Below are positions 25,840-38,159 of a stretch of 64,000 nucleotides of DNA, piece by piece (positions within the stretch are counted from its first letter, which is position 1; each line of letters opens with the position of its first letter). The position numbers and the translations under genes were made by a program. This stretch comes from Isurus oxyrinchus (Eukaryota). The DNA lies in contig JANJGN010000210.1 in assembly GCA_026770705.1 (NCBI GenBank), positions 1-64,000 of the forward strand, given 5' to 3'. The notes under the pieces were generated by a model, which worked only from the letters and a program-made list of their open reading frames with translations, ran no database searches and was not told where the DNA came from.

Positions 25840-26900
25840 TGAAGGACAAGACCAAATGTTTGTACAACTATGTTAAAAGGGAGAAGGCGGCAAGGAGTAA
25901 AATTGATCCATTATTGAGGGTCAAAAGTGATTTGCATTTAGAATTGAGGGATTGTGAGTCATACCGGACTTCTATTTTGTGATATCTCTCTAGATAGAAG
26001 TGGATCGGGAAAACATAAAAGAGATACGAAGAAAAATAAATACATCAAAGGAGTGAATTAATTGAAGTAAATGTATTAGTGATAGAACAGATTTCAGAAC
26101 AGGACAGTTTCCATCTCAATGTTCCAAAGTGGTAGGTGAGGAAGTTTTGATGCAGTCGTCACGATGTTCCAAAACTCTTTCCATTGTGCAACTAACCCAA
26201 TCAATTGGAAAATTTCCAACGTCACGCCACTATTTGGGAAGTATAAGAAAGTTAAATGAGGAAAATGTAGACCTATTACTCGAGAGTTTGTCATGAGTAA
26301 GTTCGTAGAACCTGTTGTTATGGATAGAATGACTGAGCACTTGGACAGATAGGAGCTGATCAGAAATGGTCAACTCGGATTTACACGAGCCTAGTTGAAA
26401 CGTGGAGGCGGTAATCAGCATGATATATAAGGGGCTGCCTACCGGCTCTGCTTATAAGGACTCCCGGGTGGCAGTTAACACGATTCCACATATGAAACTG
26501 TTAATTAAAATGAGCACGCATGGGATTGGAGTCAACCCCTGCTTTAGATAGGGCATTTGGTAGGAAGTAGGAAACAGAGTGTTGGTCGGTACTCAAATTG
26601 GCGTCAGCTGTAAATCAATCATAGTGTATCAGTTTTTAATTATATCAATACCTGAAGGAATTTAGAGTTGTATCTATAAATTTGCTAATGTTGCTAAGGC
26701 AAGTGGTATAGTCAATAGTGAACGCCAGAGTAGAAATTGAAAAAAAATCATTATTGACAGATTAAGTAAGTGGTTTGGTCTGGGTCAGCTGGAGCTTAAT
26801 GTGGGAAGTGTGAGGTCTTGCACATTGCCTCTAAGAAAGATGAATTTTTTTCTAAAAAGGGATAATCTGGGTCCTATGAATGAGCCTTGGAGATACAAGT
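25840..26900 (+). mobile_element. old CR1 RT fragment
   Basis: WKISNVTPLF, VPHxKLL-like and KFANV-like degenerate RT motifs. Confidence 0.65.
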
Positions 26901-27199
26901 GCCTAAAGAGTGGCCGAGTGCACTGGACACCGTAAAGCTATGAGACCCAAAAGCAACCCTGTTGGCGTTCTGAAGCCTGGTGCTCCAGAACTGGGCGTTC
27001 TGTAGCCAATTTGCCCCAATGCACCGACATCACTGGCGTCTACCCGACTTCGTTAATGCTTCCCCAGATATGTAGAGGGCAGATAAAGGCAGGAGATACG
27101 GGGTTTACCAAATTGTTGCCAAGCACCATGCTTCGATAATCTGCAGAACGGAGTGTGGGGTAGGCAGTCGTGCTGTCAGGAGCTACTTACTCATCACTG

Positions 27200-28320
27200 A
27201 CCTGCCCAACAGTGCTCCGTTTTGGTTCTGTTAGGACCACTTGGCTTCGGATCTCAATGCCCAAACTACGACAAAAGAGCTTAATTCCAGAAGTGCGCTA
27301 AAAGTCTTTGGCCTTGACATGAAGCAGACCTTTTACAGACTGTGGCATCACGGAGCCTTAATCATATTGAGGTCATTTGGAGTCAGGGAAATTTAATTCA
27401 CTGGCTGCAGTTATACCTAGCACAAAGGAAGATGGTTCTGGTTGTTGGAGGTCAGTTATCTCAGCTCCAGGACATTACTGCAGGAGTTCCGTGGGATAGT
27501 GTTCTGCACACAAGCACCTTCAGCTGCTTCATCAATTACCTTCCCTCCATCACAAGGTCAGAAGTGTGGATGATCGCCGATGACTCTACCATATTCAGCA
27601 CCATTGTTGACTCTTCACACATTGAAACGGGCCGTGTCCATATGCAACTAGGCCTGCACTCAACATTAAGGCTTGGGATGATAAGTGGCAAGTAACATTC
27701 CCGCCATACAAGTGTCAGACGGCGACCGTCTCCAACAAGAGGAAGCCTAGCCACAATACACCCTCCCCGCCCCCCCACCACCCCGCACCCCCCCCCCCCC
27801 CTACCCGTTGGCATTCACTTGCATTGCTGAATTCCTCTTTATCAGCATTCTAGGGTTACAATTGACCAGCAACTGAACTAGAAAGTGTAGAAATATTTTT
27901 ATACATGGGCAGGTCAGAGACTAGGAGTATTCAGTGTGTAACTCTCTTCCTGACTCCTCTAAGCGTATCCACTATCAATAAAGCACAAATCAACACTGTG
28001 ATGGAATATTTTCCACTTGCTGGTTGAATGCAACTCCAACAATTCACAAGAATCTCGATGCCATCCAGGAAAAAGCAGCGCGCTTGACTGACACACCAAC
28101 CATCACCTTAAGCATTCATTCCCTCCACCAACTATGCAAAATAGCAGCAGTGTGCACCAGCTGCAAAGTGCACTTCAGGAACTCAAAAACTCCCCTGTGG
28201 CAGCACTTTCCAAATCAGCGACTTCTACCATCTGTAAGGGAAGGACAGCAGCTACAAGGGAATACCACCACCTGCAAATATTCCTCTAAGCCACTCACCA
28301 TCCTCACCTTGGATCTATAA
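27200..28320 (+). mobile_element. CR1-type LINE RT fragment
   Basis: LQLYLAQRKMVLVVGG..AGVP..FSCFINYLP..IADD; NATPTIHKNLDAIQEKAARL. Confidence 0.85.
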
Positions 28321-28388
28321 CTTTAAAAAAGTTTTTTTGTTTGCTTTTCCACAAAGCAGGAGGTGTGTTTCGTCGTTACACGTAGTCA

Positions 28389-28404
28389 CCACCAGAGGAC
28401 AGTA
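28389..28404 (+). promoter_or_regulatory. CTCF-like motif
   Basis: CCACCAGAGGACAGTA versus consensus CCACCAGRGGGCRC. Confidence 0.45.
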
Positions 28405-29361
28405 AGAGGACATGCCCACGGGAATCACTGCAGATGTGAGCTACCAACTGAGTAAAATGTTCAGGAGCTTCATTTTCAAAAGGGATAAAACCATGAATTT
28501 CAAATACAGGCATTAATTTCAAATACGTTAGAAATAATAATGCTTATTATAACGTTTGCAAGAGTAACCAGAACGAGCAGGATTGTTAATGAAAAACATT
28601 CCAGGAGGAAGAGGCATTCTGAGGGGTTCGGGGCAGTGAAGGGCTCTGTGCTTGGGGCTTGAAAGGTCAAAGTCAGCACCTTGTGAAATCTGTTCATTAT
28701 GTGTGGATTGTCTCTGTTCTAGAAAGACACTCATCAAATAAACACTGAGAAGAGGCCGCCGTCAAAGGCTCTCAGAAACTGATAGAGGAGGAAAGGGCTG
28801 CTCAATGTTACAGGCAGGCATGGGCAGGACAGGGAAGGGCTAAAATTAAATGGAGACATGGGAAGTTGGCCTGTGAGTCTTATTTCTCGCATATCTGCGA
28901 GTCGATATCCACAAATATTATTCCACAAGTGTTGCCTCTTGTGCAAAACGACAGGTAAACGGTCTGGCAAACCTGGAGGCTTACGTTCAATCTGCGAGCT
29001 CTATGTCTTCAGTAAATATCTCGGAACTTCCCCGGATACTGGATGTACCAGAACAGGGTTGAATCAGTTTTCGATTAACTGCAGCTCAAAATAAAGATCT
29101 GCCTTTCCTGAAACATTACTTAAGGCGGATTTTGGGGGTCCCATTCTGTCCTGTTACACATCTTTAAAATGAGTGAATCGTCTGGGTATAAATATAACCG
29201 TTGAAACACATACATGCCCTGATTATTTGAATATAGACTCACTGAGGAACACGAAAAATAGCAACAATAATATGAATAATGCGACATAACAATGCAACCA
29301 AATCCTTCAGCAATTTAAGGCATTATTGAATTCCCAGGCAGAGATCATTTACCTCACATCG

Positions 29362-29377
29362 CCATGAGAGGGCGCTG
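29362..29377 (+). promoter_or_regulatory. CTCF-like motif
   Basis: CCATGAGAGGGCGCTG. Confidence 0.45.
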
Positions 29378-29589
29378 CACCATCGTTTTTGGACGTTGAC
29401 TGCAGCAGGTCGGTCAAAAGATCACAAGGTACTGGTGAATGAGGAAGGCCTTTCGCCCGATCTTAATTCGTCCGTCTAGAAATGCCCTGCTCCCCTACCG
29501 TTTCCTCTGGTAAGTACAAAACTAATTCCTTGGTTTTGAAACCTGTCACTTGGCTCGGTTTCCATTCCAAGCGTTGACCACAACGACAA

Positions 29590-30670
29590 AAGCAATTCAT
29601 ATTTACATAGCATTGTTAATCAAATGAAAGGCCCCAAGTCACTACGCAGCAGCATTAATATGACAGCAAGTCCCCTAAAGGGAAATTAGGGTAGATGATC
29701 AAAAGCTGCTTCAACGAGAACGGATTTTATGGAAGGTATTAAAAGAGAAAAGAGATAGAGAAGTGTAAAGCGGGCATTACGGGAATTGTGCTCTGCCAGC
29801 AATGAAACGGCGTCCAATTCCGGGGTGATTAAAATCGGGAATGCTCAAGAGGCCAGAATCAGTGTAGCACAGAGATCTTGTAGAGTTGTGCAGCTCAAGG
29901 AGACGACAGAGATAGGGCGGGGCGCGGCCATGCAGACAGAGATTTGAAAACAAGGATGAGAATATTAAAATCAGCATGTTACTCGAGTAGGAGCTAATGT
30001 AGGCCAGGGAGCACAGGCGCTCTTAATGAAGCAGGACTTGTCGCTTGTCAAGACCCTGGCAGCCGATTTTTAGATGAGATTAAGTTTACCAGTGACGGAA
30101 TGTGGAAGGCCAGGCAGGAAAATGTTGCAGTTGCTGAATCGAGAGCTAACCAAGTCATTGAGGGTGTTTCCACGAGCAGATGGGCAGAGGCGGGGCAAAG
30201 TGGGCCAACTATACGGAAGTGGAAAAAGGCGGCCTTAGAAATGGCATGGAGATGAAGTTGGAAACTCATCTCGGGATCAAATGTAACAACAAAGTTGCAA
30301 ATAAACTGGCCTAATCTCAGGACGTTGTCATGGAGACGGATGGAGTCTTCAACTAGGAAATGGAGATTGGAGCGCGCACTGAAAACAATTGTTTCAGTCT
30401 TCCCAATATTTGATGAGAGAAATTTCTGCTGATCAGGTACTGGAAGTTGGATAAGCAGTCTGATAATTTAGCAGCAGGGGAGGGGTCGACAGAGGTGGTG
30501 GTCGGGTAGAGCTTGGTGTTGTCAGTGCACATGTAAAAACTGAGGTTATGTTTTCAGATGATGCCGCCAAGAGGCAGGATGTGGATTAGTAACAGGAGGG
30601 CACCAAGGAAAGATCCTTGGGGGACAACAGAGATTCAGAAGTAGGAGGAAAATCCATTATAAGTGAATCT
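29590..30670 (-). mobile_element. L2-type LINE fragment
   Basis: FQLHLHAISKAAFFHFRI; APPYLCRLLELHNSTRSL..SGLLSIP. Confidence 0.85.
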
Positions 30671-31102
30671 TTGGCGAGTCTCTGAGTGACCATCTCTCTC
30701 TCTCTTGACCTTAGTCCTAAAGGTACATTTTGCTGGATTGAATCCGTGTCAACTTGTCTTACGGTCGCAGTTTAACTTAAAATATATTTCGAGGTATACT
30801 CTTCCCAGATGTTGTGCTAATTTCTAACTCCCTATGTTATGATCTAATTCCCTTTCCTGGAATTCCTGCTTCCATTTTAATACTGTCCCTCTCATTGCCT
30901 CTCCCTCTGTTTCTCCCGCTGACTCTTCATTTGGTACTTTACATTTCTCAGACTCTATGTCTTCTTCCCTTACTGTATACTCGTCTATTTCCCTCCTTGC
31001 TCTGTCACTTCCCTCAGTGCCTGTCCATCTTTTTATCTCTTTTCAGTTTCAGTTTTTTTCTATTTTATTCTCTCTCAGTCTCTCCCTCAGCCTTTCTCCC
31101 TG

Positions 31103-31375
31103 AGAAATAAATAACAAAAACCACTTTAACACGGATTTTCAGCAAACACTCACTTAAAATCAATAAATTGAAAGCCACTATTTCACTCATTGCAGTGAGT
31201 GAGATGAGGATTTGATCATTGGGTTCCTCCCCGTCCCTCGATGAATATATAAGGGGCAATTACCTTCATAACAAGCAGAAAATAATATAATCGGTTGCAC
31301 ATCAGAGTCATCCCAAGTTAAATCGATTTTCCTGTAATATTTCAGGCACATCAAGAGCAAAATCCAGGAAAATCC
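31103..31375. pseudogene. inserted TCR V promoter (plus) and leader/intron start (minus) fragment
   Basis: Minus leader MSEIVAFNLLIL|GTGAG at 31190-31154; plus 31195-31373 matches promoter 33267-33441; absent in the paralogue. Confidence 0.85.
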
Positions 31376-31644
31376 ATTTTCAGTTTCATTTTCTTTTTTA
31401 TTCTCTGTCAGTCTCTCCCTCGGCCTTTCTCCCTGTACTTTTGCCCTTTACTCTACAGGTTCTCTCTCTCTATTCTTGTTGCTCTCTCAGTCTTTTACTC
31501 CACTTCTCTCCTTCATTTCTTTCCCGTATCCCTGCTTCACTTTCTGCCTCTCCCTCAGTCTTTCTCCCGGCATCTCTTTCCGTGTTGCTGTCTCCATCTT
31601 TCCCTCAGTCATTTTCCCATGTCTCTCCCTGTTTCAAGACCAAC

Positions 31645-31990
31645 GGTGTCTTAAAGTGCTTAACAGCCAAAGAAGTACTTTTGAACTGTATTCACTATTG
31701 CAATGTAGAAAACTTTGTAGCCAAAATGCGCACAGCAAGTTCCCACAAGCAGCAATGTGATGACGAAATAATCTGTAACTGTAATGTTGATTGAGGAATA
31801 AACATTGACCTGGACAATGTGCTGCCAGGAGTTAAATTATATCCACCAGAAAGGGCAGGTGGGGTCTCTATTTTAAGCTTCATCCGAAAGATGGCATCTC
31901 GGACAGTGAAGGACTCTTTCGGTAGTGGACTGGATTTTCAGCCTTGACTTTGCACTCAAGTCCCGCAGTGAATGTGACATGCTTCAAGAA
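31645..31990 (-). mobile_element. Deu-domain SINE (SacSINE1/AmnSINE-like)
   Basis: ATCCACCAGAAAGGGCAG..CATCCGAAAGATGGCATCTC..CAGTG; copy at 59195-59560. Confidence 0.65.
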
Positions 31991-32501
31991 CAAGTACTCA
32001 CCCTTTGGGCAACCAGCTGGTGCGTCGATGGCTTGTGATTCACCGAAAATATCTTCATTTCAGGGGTTGGGTGACCGTTCATGGTGCGCCTTTGTAGTCG
32101 GTACAATCTGCACCACAGGTATGGAGGGCTCTGCTACTACAATAAGCCTAAAATCCACATTATGAAAGTTAAAACCTTGTCCACCCAAAACCAAATGCTG
32201 CTTTACTCGATTCATGGGTTCGATTTGAACGGAGGGGTATGCCAGAGCCAACAGAACTGATGTGCCATTCCCCATTGGACAATATATACCCGTAATTTGT
32301 GCCTCCTTTGGATTTAGAACCAAATCCGTGCTGGTGAAAGGCCATTGTCTGTACCTTTTACCTAATCGGTTCTCATCAAAGGTCTCGATCACACTCAGGC
32401 TAGGCTGGATTTCTCTCTAGGTCCAATATTGTCAAAGGACAAGCGTCTGACTCACCACGTCACAATTTTCTGCTGGCTCTCAGAGAGCACTGTTGTTTGG
32501 T

Positions 32502-33215
32502 AAGACAAAACAGAATTACCTGGAAAAACTCAGCAGGTCTGGCAGCATCGGTGGAGAAGAAAAGAGTTGACGTTTCGAGTCCTCATGACCCTTCGACAGA
32601 ACTTGATTTCGAGTCCAAGAAAGAGTTGAAATATAAGCTGGTTTAAGGTGCGTGTGTGGGGGGCGGAGAGATAGAGAGAGAGAAAGGTGGTTGTGTAGAC
32701 AAACAAGCAGTGATAGAAGCAGATCATCAAAAGATGTCAGCGACAATGGTACAAAAGAACACATAGGTGTTAAAGTTAAAGTTGGTGATATTATCTAAAC
32801 GAATGTGCTAATTAAGAATGGATGGTAGGGCACTCAAGATACAGCTCTAGTGGGGGTGGGGGGAGCATAAAAGATTTTAAAATATTTAAAAAATAATGGA
32901 AATAGGTGGGAAAAGAAAAATCTATATAATTTATAGGGAAAAAAGGAGAAAAAGGGGAAAACAGAAAGGGGGTGGGGATGGGGGAGGGAGCTCACGACCT
33001 AAAGTTGTTGAATTCAATATTCAGACCGGAAGGCTGTAAGGTGCCTAGTCGGAAGATGAAGTGTTGTTCCTCCAGTTTGCGTTGGGCTTCACTGGAACAA
33101 TGCAGCAAGCCAAGGACAGACATGTGGGCAAGAGAGCAGGGTGGAGTGTTAAAATGGCAAGCGACAGGGAGGTTTGGGTCATTCTTGCGGACAGACCGCA
33201 GGAGTTCGGCAAAGC
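32502..33215 (-). mobile_element. young 5'-truncated Penelope element
   Basis: Very similar to 22220-22955; 14-bp TSD CACTGTTGTTTGGT (32488-32501, 33216-33229); empty site at 60071 in the paralogue. Confidence 0.95.
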
Positions 33216-33248
33216 CACTGTTGTTTGGTGTCAAGTAATGAGAAACAA

Positions 33249-33265
33249 GGCCACCAGAGGGCGTG
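33249..33265 (+). promoter_or_regulatory. CTCF-like motif in V promoter
   Basis: GGCCACCAGAGGGCGTG, ~180 bp upstream of ATG; retained at 60104-60120. Confidence 0.6.
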
Positions 33266-33444
33266 TCAGTGAGACGAAGATGTGATGATTGGACTGTGAG
33301 CCGTCCCTCGGTGAATATATGAGGCACGTACCTTCATACCAAGCAGGAAATAATATAATCGGTTGCACATCAGAGTCATCTCAAGCTAAATCGAATTTCC
33401 GATAATATTTATGGTCCACCAAGCGCAAAATCCAGGGAAACGCA

Positions 33445-33843
33445 ATGAATGGAATAGTGACTTTCAATTTATTGATTTTAGGTGAGTGTTTTGTGCTGAA
33501 AAATCGGTGTTTTTTTTTGCTATTTCTTTTTTTCTCATTTCTGTGTCCTCCCTTTTCAACAGTGACCTGCGGAGAGGCTGCGATTCACCAACCAAAGCAG
33601 GTGTTTGCACAAGAGGGTCAATCGATTGAAATCCGGTGCAATGCATCAACAAGCGGTTCGGAGAGCACCCAGTGGTACAGACAACTGGAGAACCGTAGTC
33701 CGAAATTTATCATATATGCCTTCAAAGGCAACAGCACTGATGGGCGGTTCACGCTCTTTATTGACCCAGCAAGAAGTTATAGCACTCTCGGTATTAGCAG
33801 AACCGTGGTTTCAGATGCTGGAGTCTATCACTGTGCAACGAAG
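33445..33843 (+). CDS. TRAV: TCR alpha/delta V segment, apparently functional (leader 33445-33481, V exon 33563-33843)
   Basis: GT-AG phase-1 intron; EAAIHQP..IRCNAS..WYRQ..DAGVYHCATK; RSS follows. Confidence 0.92.
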
Positions 33844-33882
33844 CACTGTGAGACAAAGACTGAGTGCTCCAATACAATATCT
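33844..33882 (+). other. 23-RSS
   Basis: CACTGTG + 23 + ACAATATCT. Confidence 0.9.
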
Positions 33883-34489
33883 ACTGCAGACTCCTGCCAG
33901 ACAACCTCTACACGTCTACTTGCTCTCCTATATGTTTTGACTCACTTATGGTGTACAAGTGCATTCATTTCATCCATTCTAAACTGAATAAATTGTACAG
34001 GCTGACCTGAATATCCTTACATATTTATGGCATGTAGTTTAACATCTCTATTCATCCCAGAACAAAAGGGATATTCAGGCTGGGTTGAATGTGTTTACTC
34101 CTCTGCACGGTAGAGTTAAACAAGTTCCACCTATTCTATCGAAAGGAATTTTTACTGGATTGGAACTTCAAGCGCCAGAAAAGTACATTTCAACAGTCAT
34201 CATCCGAAAGAGGTTCTGTTCCCCTCACCACCCACTCAAGGACAAGAGGCACTAGCTGGTCTTTAGACAACTAACCGCTGGTAAAGAGAACAGACAATCA
34301 ACAATATTACAGCGTGAGTGAAGAATGAAGATTTGCAAACAATCTAAAAGCAGAAAACGCACGCAATAGAGAATTTAACGGGGTGGCTCTGACATTAATT
34401 AGACCATTCAATGTGTTGCTCTGATTTCATGTTCTCCTGATGTGAGTTGTGTTTCGTTTTCTTATTGGCATTTGAATTGCAAAGATGTA

Positions 34490-34963
34490 ATGAATCTGTC
34501 ACTCGTTATTCTGGTTCTGCTGATATGTAGATACAGGATCTGTACTCAATAACTCGCAGTGTTGATTTTTTGTGCTCACCTTGCTCCTGTGTCTCATTGT
34601 TTGGATGTTTGTACAGGTCGATGTCTCTCGGACGCAGTGCTGCAGTCTCCCATTCTAGGACAGTGCTCTAGACTCCAGGGATTCGGTGCAGATAAATTGC
34701 AGCTATGACGTGTCCAATATTTACGCCCCTGCATTTGTACGAGCGGAAATCTGGTCGCAGACTGGACTGGGTAACAATGCGAGCATTCACTGATAGGGAG
34801 AAGAGTGGCGCTTTGAATTTGGCTTTCCACTGCAGAGAAACGGGGTTATTGAGAACATGGAGTGCGCGGGGCATTAATCCGGGGTACAGTGCGGTATGCT
34901 CGGTGTTACTATGCGTTAGGGCCACGCACTGAGAGGAAATGCGGCAGTCAATGTACAAAAGGC
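34490..34963 (+). pseudogene. TCR V pseudogene (leader 34490-34526, exon from 34617)
   Basis: Frameshifted homologue of the 37306 V; RSS CGCACTG+23+ACAAAAGGC with dead heptamer. Confidence 0.85.
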
Positions 34964-35539
34964 TCGCTCTTGTTTGCAGTTCCGGGATAGCTGCAGCAAT
35001 ATCTCCAACACAGGGCAGGCAAGACGGTGAAGAACGAGAGCAGCAGAAAGAGGCAGTGAGCGAGGCTGCTGTTGGCAATGATAGCGCAAAACGTGTATTG
35101 AACTCCCAGTTGAGAACTGTTTTGATCAGAAATCTCCGTCGCGTCGTACAGTATCGGACTGAGAAGGCGGTCACTCAGTGAGTGCAGTCTTTAGTGTGAG
35201 GAAAGCTTTACCATTACATCATTGTGGGATTATATACCACAGCCACTTTACTGATTGTTGGTCTATTTCGTTCCGCTGTTTGGGGAGTCATTGAAAGCAT
35301 CAACATAATCCTATTGGAATATTTGCGTTTACACGGAAGTATTCACACTGCGCAACAGTTACCTTCTGCACCTTAAACAAAGAAAAAACTGTCTATAAGA
35401 ATGACATCATGATAACGCTAAAACAACTTTGAGTTTTGCGCTGAGAGGCCAAACAAAAACTTCCCCTTGTGTATCACAATGTACAGTTAAGGAAACTCCA
35501 CCCTGTACTTTAATCTCAGTCTGCTGAGTAGTAGTGATT

Positions 35540-35766
35540 GAAGTATTGCTAGAGTCAAATGTAAGCCAGGCCAGGTAAGGACGCCAGATTTCCTTTCCTC
35601 AAGGACTTTAGTGAACCAGAAAGGTTTTTACAACAATCGGTGATAGTGGCCGTGGTCAATATTACTGTATTGTATTCCAGAGTTGTTATTTGAATGCGTA
35701 TCCCCACAGCATTAATCTGAGCTTCTGGATTTCTCGTCCAGTGAGACCATTACGCTACCGCCTTCC
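35540..35766 (-). mobile_element. tRNA-derived SINE
   Basis: Minus strand GGCGGTAGCGTAATGG..CTGG head; body as 50000-50356. Confidence 0.75.
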
Positions 35767-37305
35767 CCGAACATGGGTCACCTATATTCAAAACGACATT
35801 TTGTCAGCTTTGATTTCATCTCTTACCAGGAACATTCAAATCGGTGGGTAATTCCTCGGAGGGGAATTACAGACCTTTCTACAGGTATCTGTTAACATTA
35901 GAGCTGGATGCCCATGTTCGCTGTTCCTACAAGGCTCCGGAATATGTTTTCCTCTCATATTCCCCTGTTTCAAATGATTCCCTTCTCAGCCTCAGTGAAG
36001 ATTAATCCAGGGTGACGGAACGCCTCCTTTCAGAGGGAGCAATGAATGAGGCTCCGAGAGGCCGCTGCCCCCCTGCCAGACACTCATCAGCCTGATCACC
36101 TCTAGAAAAGATTTTCACTTATCTACACACTATGTATTCATTATCAAAAGTGTACAGATATATTAGAATTCCCACCCCAACAGCCAAGGTTCATGACGTC
36201 CCAGAAAAGATAATGCCTTTTTAGCGCCCAGACTGGAATACTGGTAATTATGTTCAGATTCTGAACTTGAGTCCACAACCTACTGATTCTGAAATCAGAG
36301 TCAAGTTACTTCAGCTACTAAACTGCTGAAAGATTTAAGATAATATATTATACCTACAATTGTTATATCACATTCAGTAATGCAGTAGCTATTAAGCTTC
36401 CCTTTGCTAATATCACGAATAACAACGTCAAGAGCACAATTATAGAAAGTTTGATTAGTAGAAATTTCTGTTCACATAATCATTAAAGGTCACAGCAAAG
36501 ATGGAAAATATTCATCTGAGAAGAACTATGTCCTCACTCTGAATAAAGCTACCCAAATGGAAAATGATAAACGGACCCCGTCCTGCATTTGGTTTCTCTC
36601 CCCGCATCACATCCTTTGCTAATTTGTGTAAAAGCTGTGAGGGCAGACTTTCACAACCAGCTATCGCTCCCTTCCTGTTATCTGGACAACACCCTTTCCC
36701 TGGCCCTAGGGGGCTTTGAACCAGCTCCACAGGCAATGCTCCCAGGAGCTGTACACAGGTGTATGATTAATTACTGAGAAGCGCCAATGCTTTTTTTCTT
36801 CAATTGTTTCCCGATCCAGTTTCAGGAATCTTACAGCTATGGGAGTTTGAATGTACAATTCCAGCAGCAGAACTGATAAGATGGGATTTTAACAACGGGC
36901 TGCCTTCATTCTTTAAGACATCGTTGTACAGAGTTTTAAATGTTTACAAAGACTCGGAACCCAAGTTTGTCCCTTTGGAGATTCAGTGCCTCAAAGTTTT
37001 TACGTTCTGCTCACTTTCCGCCACAAGGAGTAAAGGAAATTCTTGGCGTTTCGACAATTGACTTGTTCTGATGGGAACCGATGGAGAAAGGAGCAGGGGG
37101 TCAAAAACGACATCCTTACGTCATGGGAACAAAGTCTATTTCCAACCAATCCAAAAGTAGCAGAATCACGTGACTGGAACATTATCCTTGCAGGTCACAT
37201 TAACCGACTGATGACTTCGTTCAGGTGCTCCGTGCTCTGCTGATGTGAGCTGGGCTTCCTTTTCTTACTGATACTTTACTTGCAGGAATGCATTACGCGA
37301 CAGAA

Positions 37306-37761
37306 ATGAACCTACTCCCTGTCATTCTAGTGCTGCAAATTTGTAAGTAGAAGGGACTTATTCTGTAACCTGTAGAGAGTGTCTATTTTCCACATGTTGC
37401 TCCAATTTCTCATTTTCTGAATGTTTTTGCAGGTCGATGTCGCTCGGAACAAGTGTCCCAATTTCCCACTGCGAGAACCGTACAGAGCGGGAATTCGGTG
37501 CAGATACACTGCAGCTATGACATGTCCAACACTTAGGAAATGTACTGGTACAGACAGAATCCTGGTCAGGGACTGGAGTTTGTTGTGAACAGGTTCTCAT
37601 CTGGCAAAGAGAGAAAAGACCGATTCGAATTGGAACTTTCCACTGCGGACAAACGCGGCCAATTGGTCATTGAGAAGACGGAAAGGGCGGATACCGCTGT
37701 GTATTAATGTGTGATAGAGTCTCACACTGGGAGGAAAGGCGGCAGTCGCTGTACAAAAACC
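37306..37761 (+). pseudogene. TCR V pseudogene with intact RSS (leader 37306-37342, exon 37433-37722)
   Basis: EQVSQFP..IHCSY..NT*EMYWYRQNPGQGLE..DTAVY*CVIES; stops at 37534 and 37705; RSS CACACTG+23+ACAAAAACC. Confidence 0.92.
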
Positions 37762-38159
37762 TCCCTCCTGGTTACAGCCCCTGAACAGCTGCAGCGACCT
37801 CTCCAATAAAACAGGGGAAGCAAGACGGTTCAGAGCCAGTGCCGCAAACGGAAGCTGTGAGCTGGTCTGCCGTGGGCTTTATGAAACCCTTCATATTGCG
37901 GCTTTGATCAGAGATTGTAACAGTCACAGCATAAAGTATCCAATAGGAGAAACAGTTACTCGCTAATCGCGGCCTTTGTTGTGATAAAACCTTCAATAAT
38001 GATTACTTGTAGGACTATAATCAGATGAGTCGAATCGGACATTTTACTGAATATGTGTACATGTGATTCCGCTCTGTGACGGCTGACCGAAATTTTAACA
38101 GTGATAATCCTTGAGTCTGTCGATCTTCCGTGCGGGAAATTATCTGTCAGGTCACACAA

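Larger units (their letters stand above)
30445..37320 (+). repeat. segmental duplication A, copy 1 (paralogue 58333-64000)
   Basis: Colinear L2 end, CT-rich tract, SINE, two V genes and the next V promoter/leader. Confidence 0.9.

Noticed and set aside
34668-35174. 168-aa minus-strand ORF
   Set aside because: Antisense to a V pseudogene and flank; not conserved in full in the paralogue
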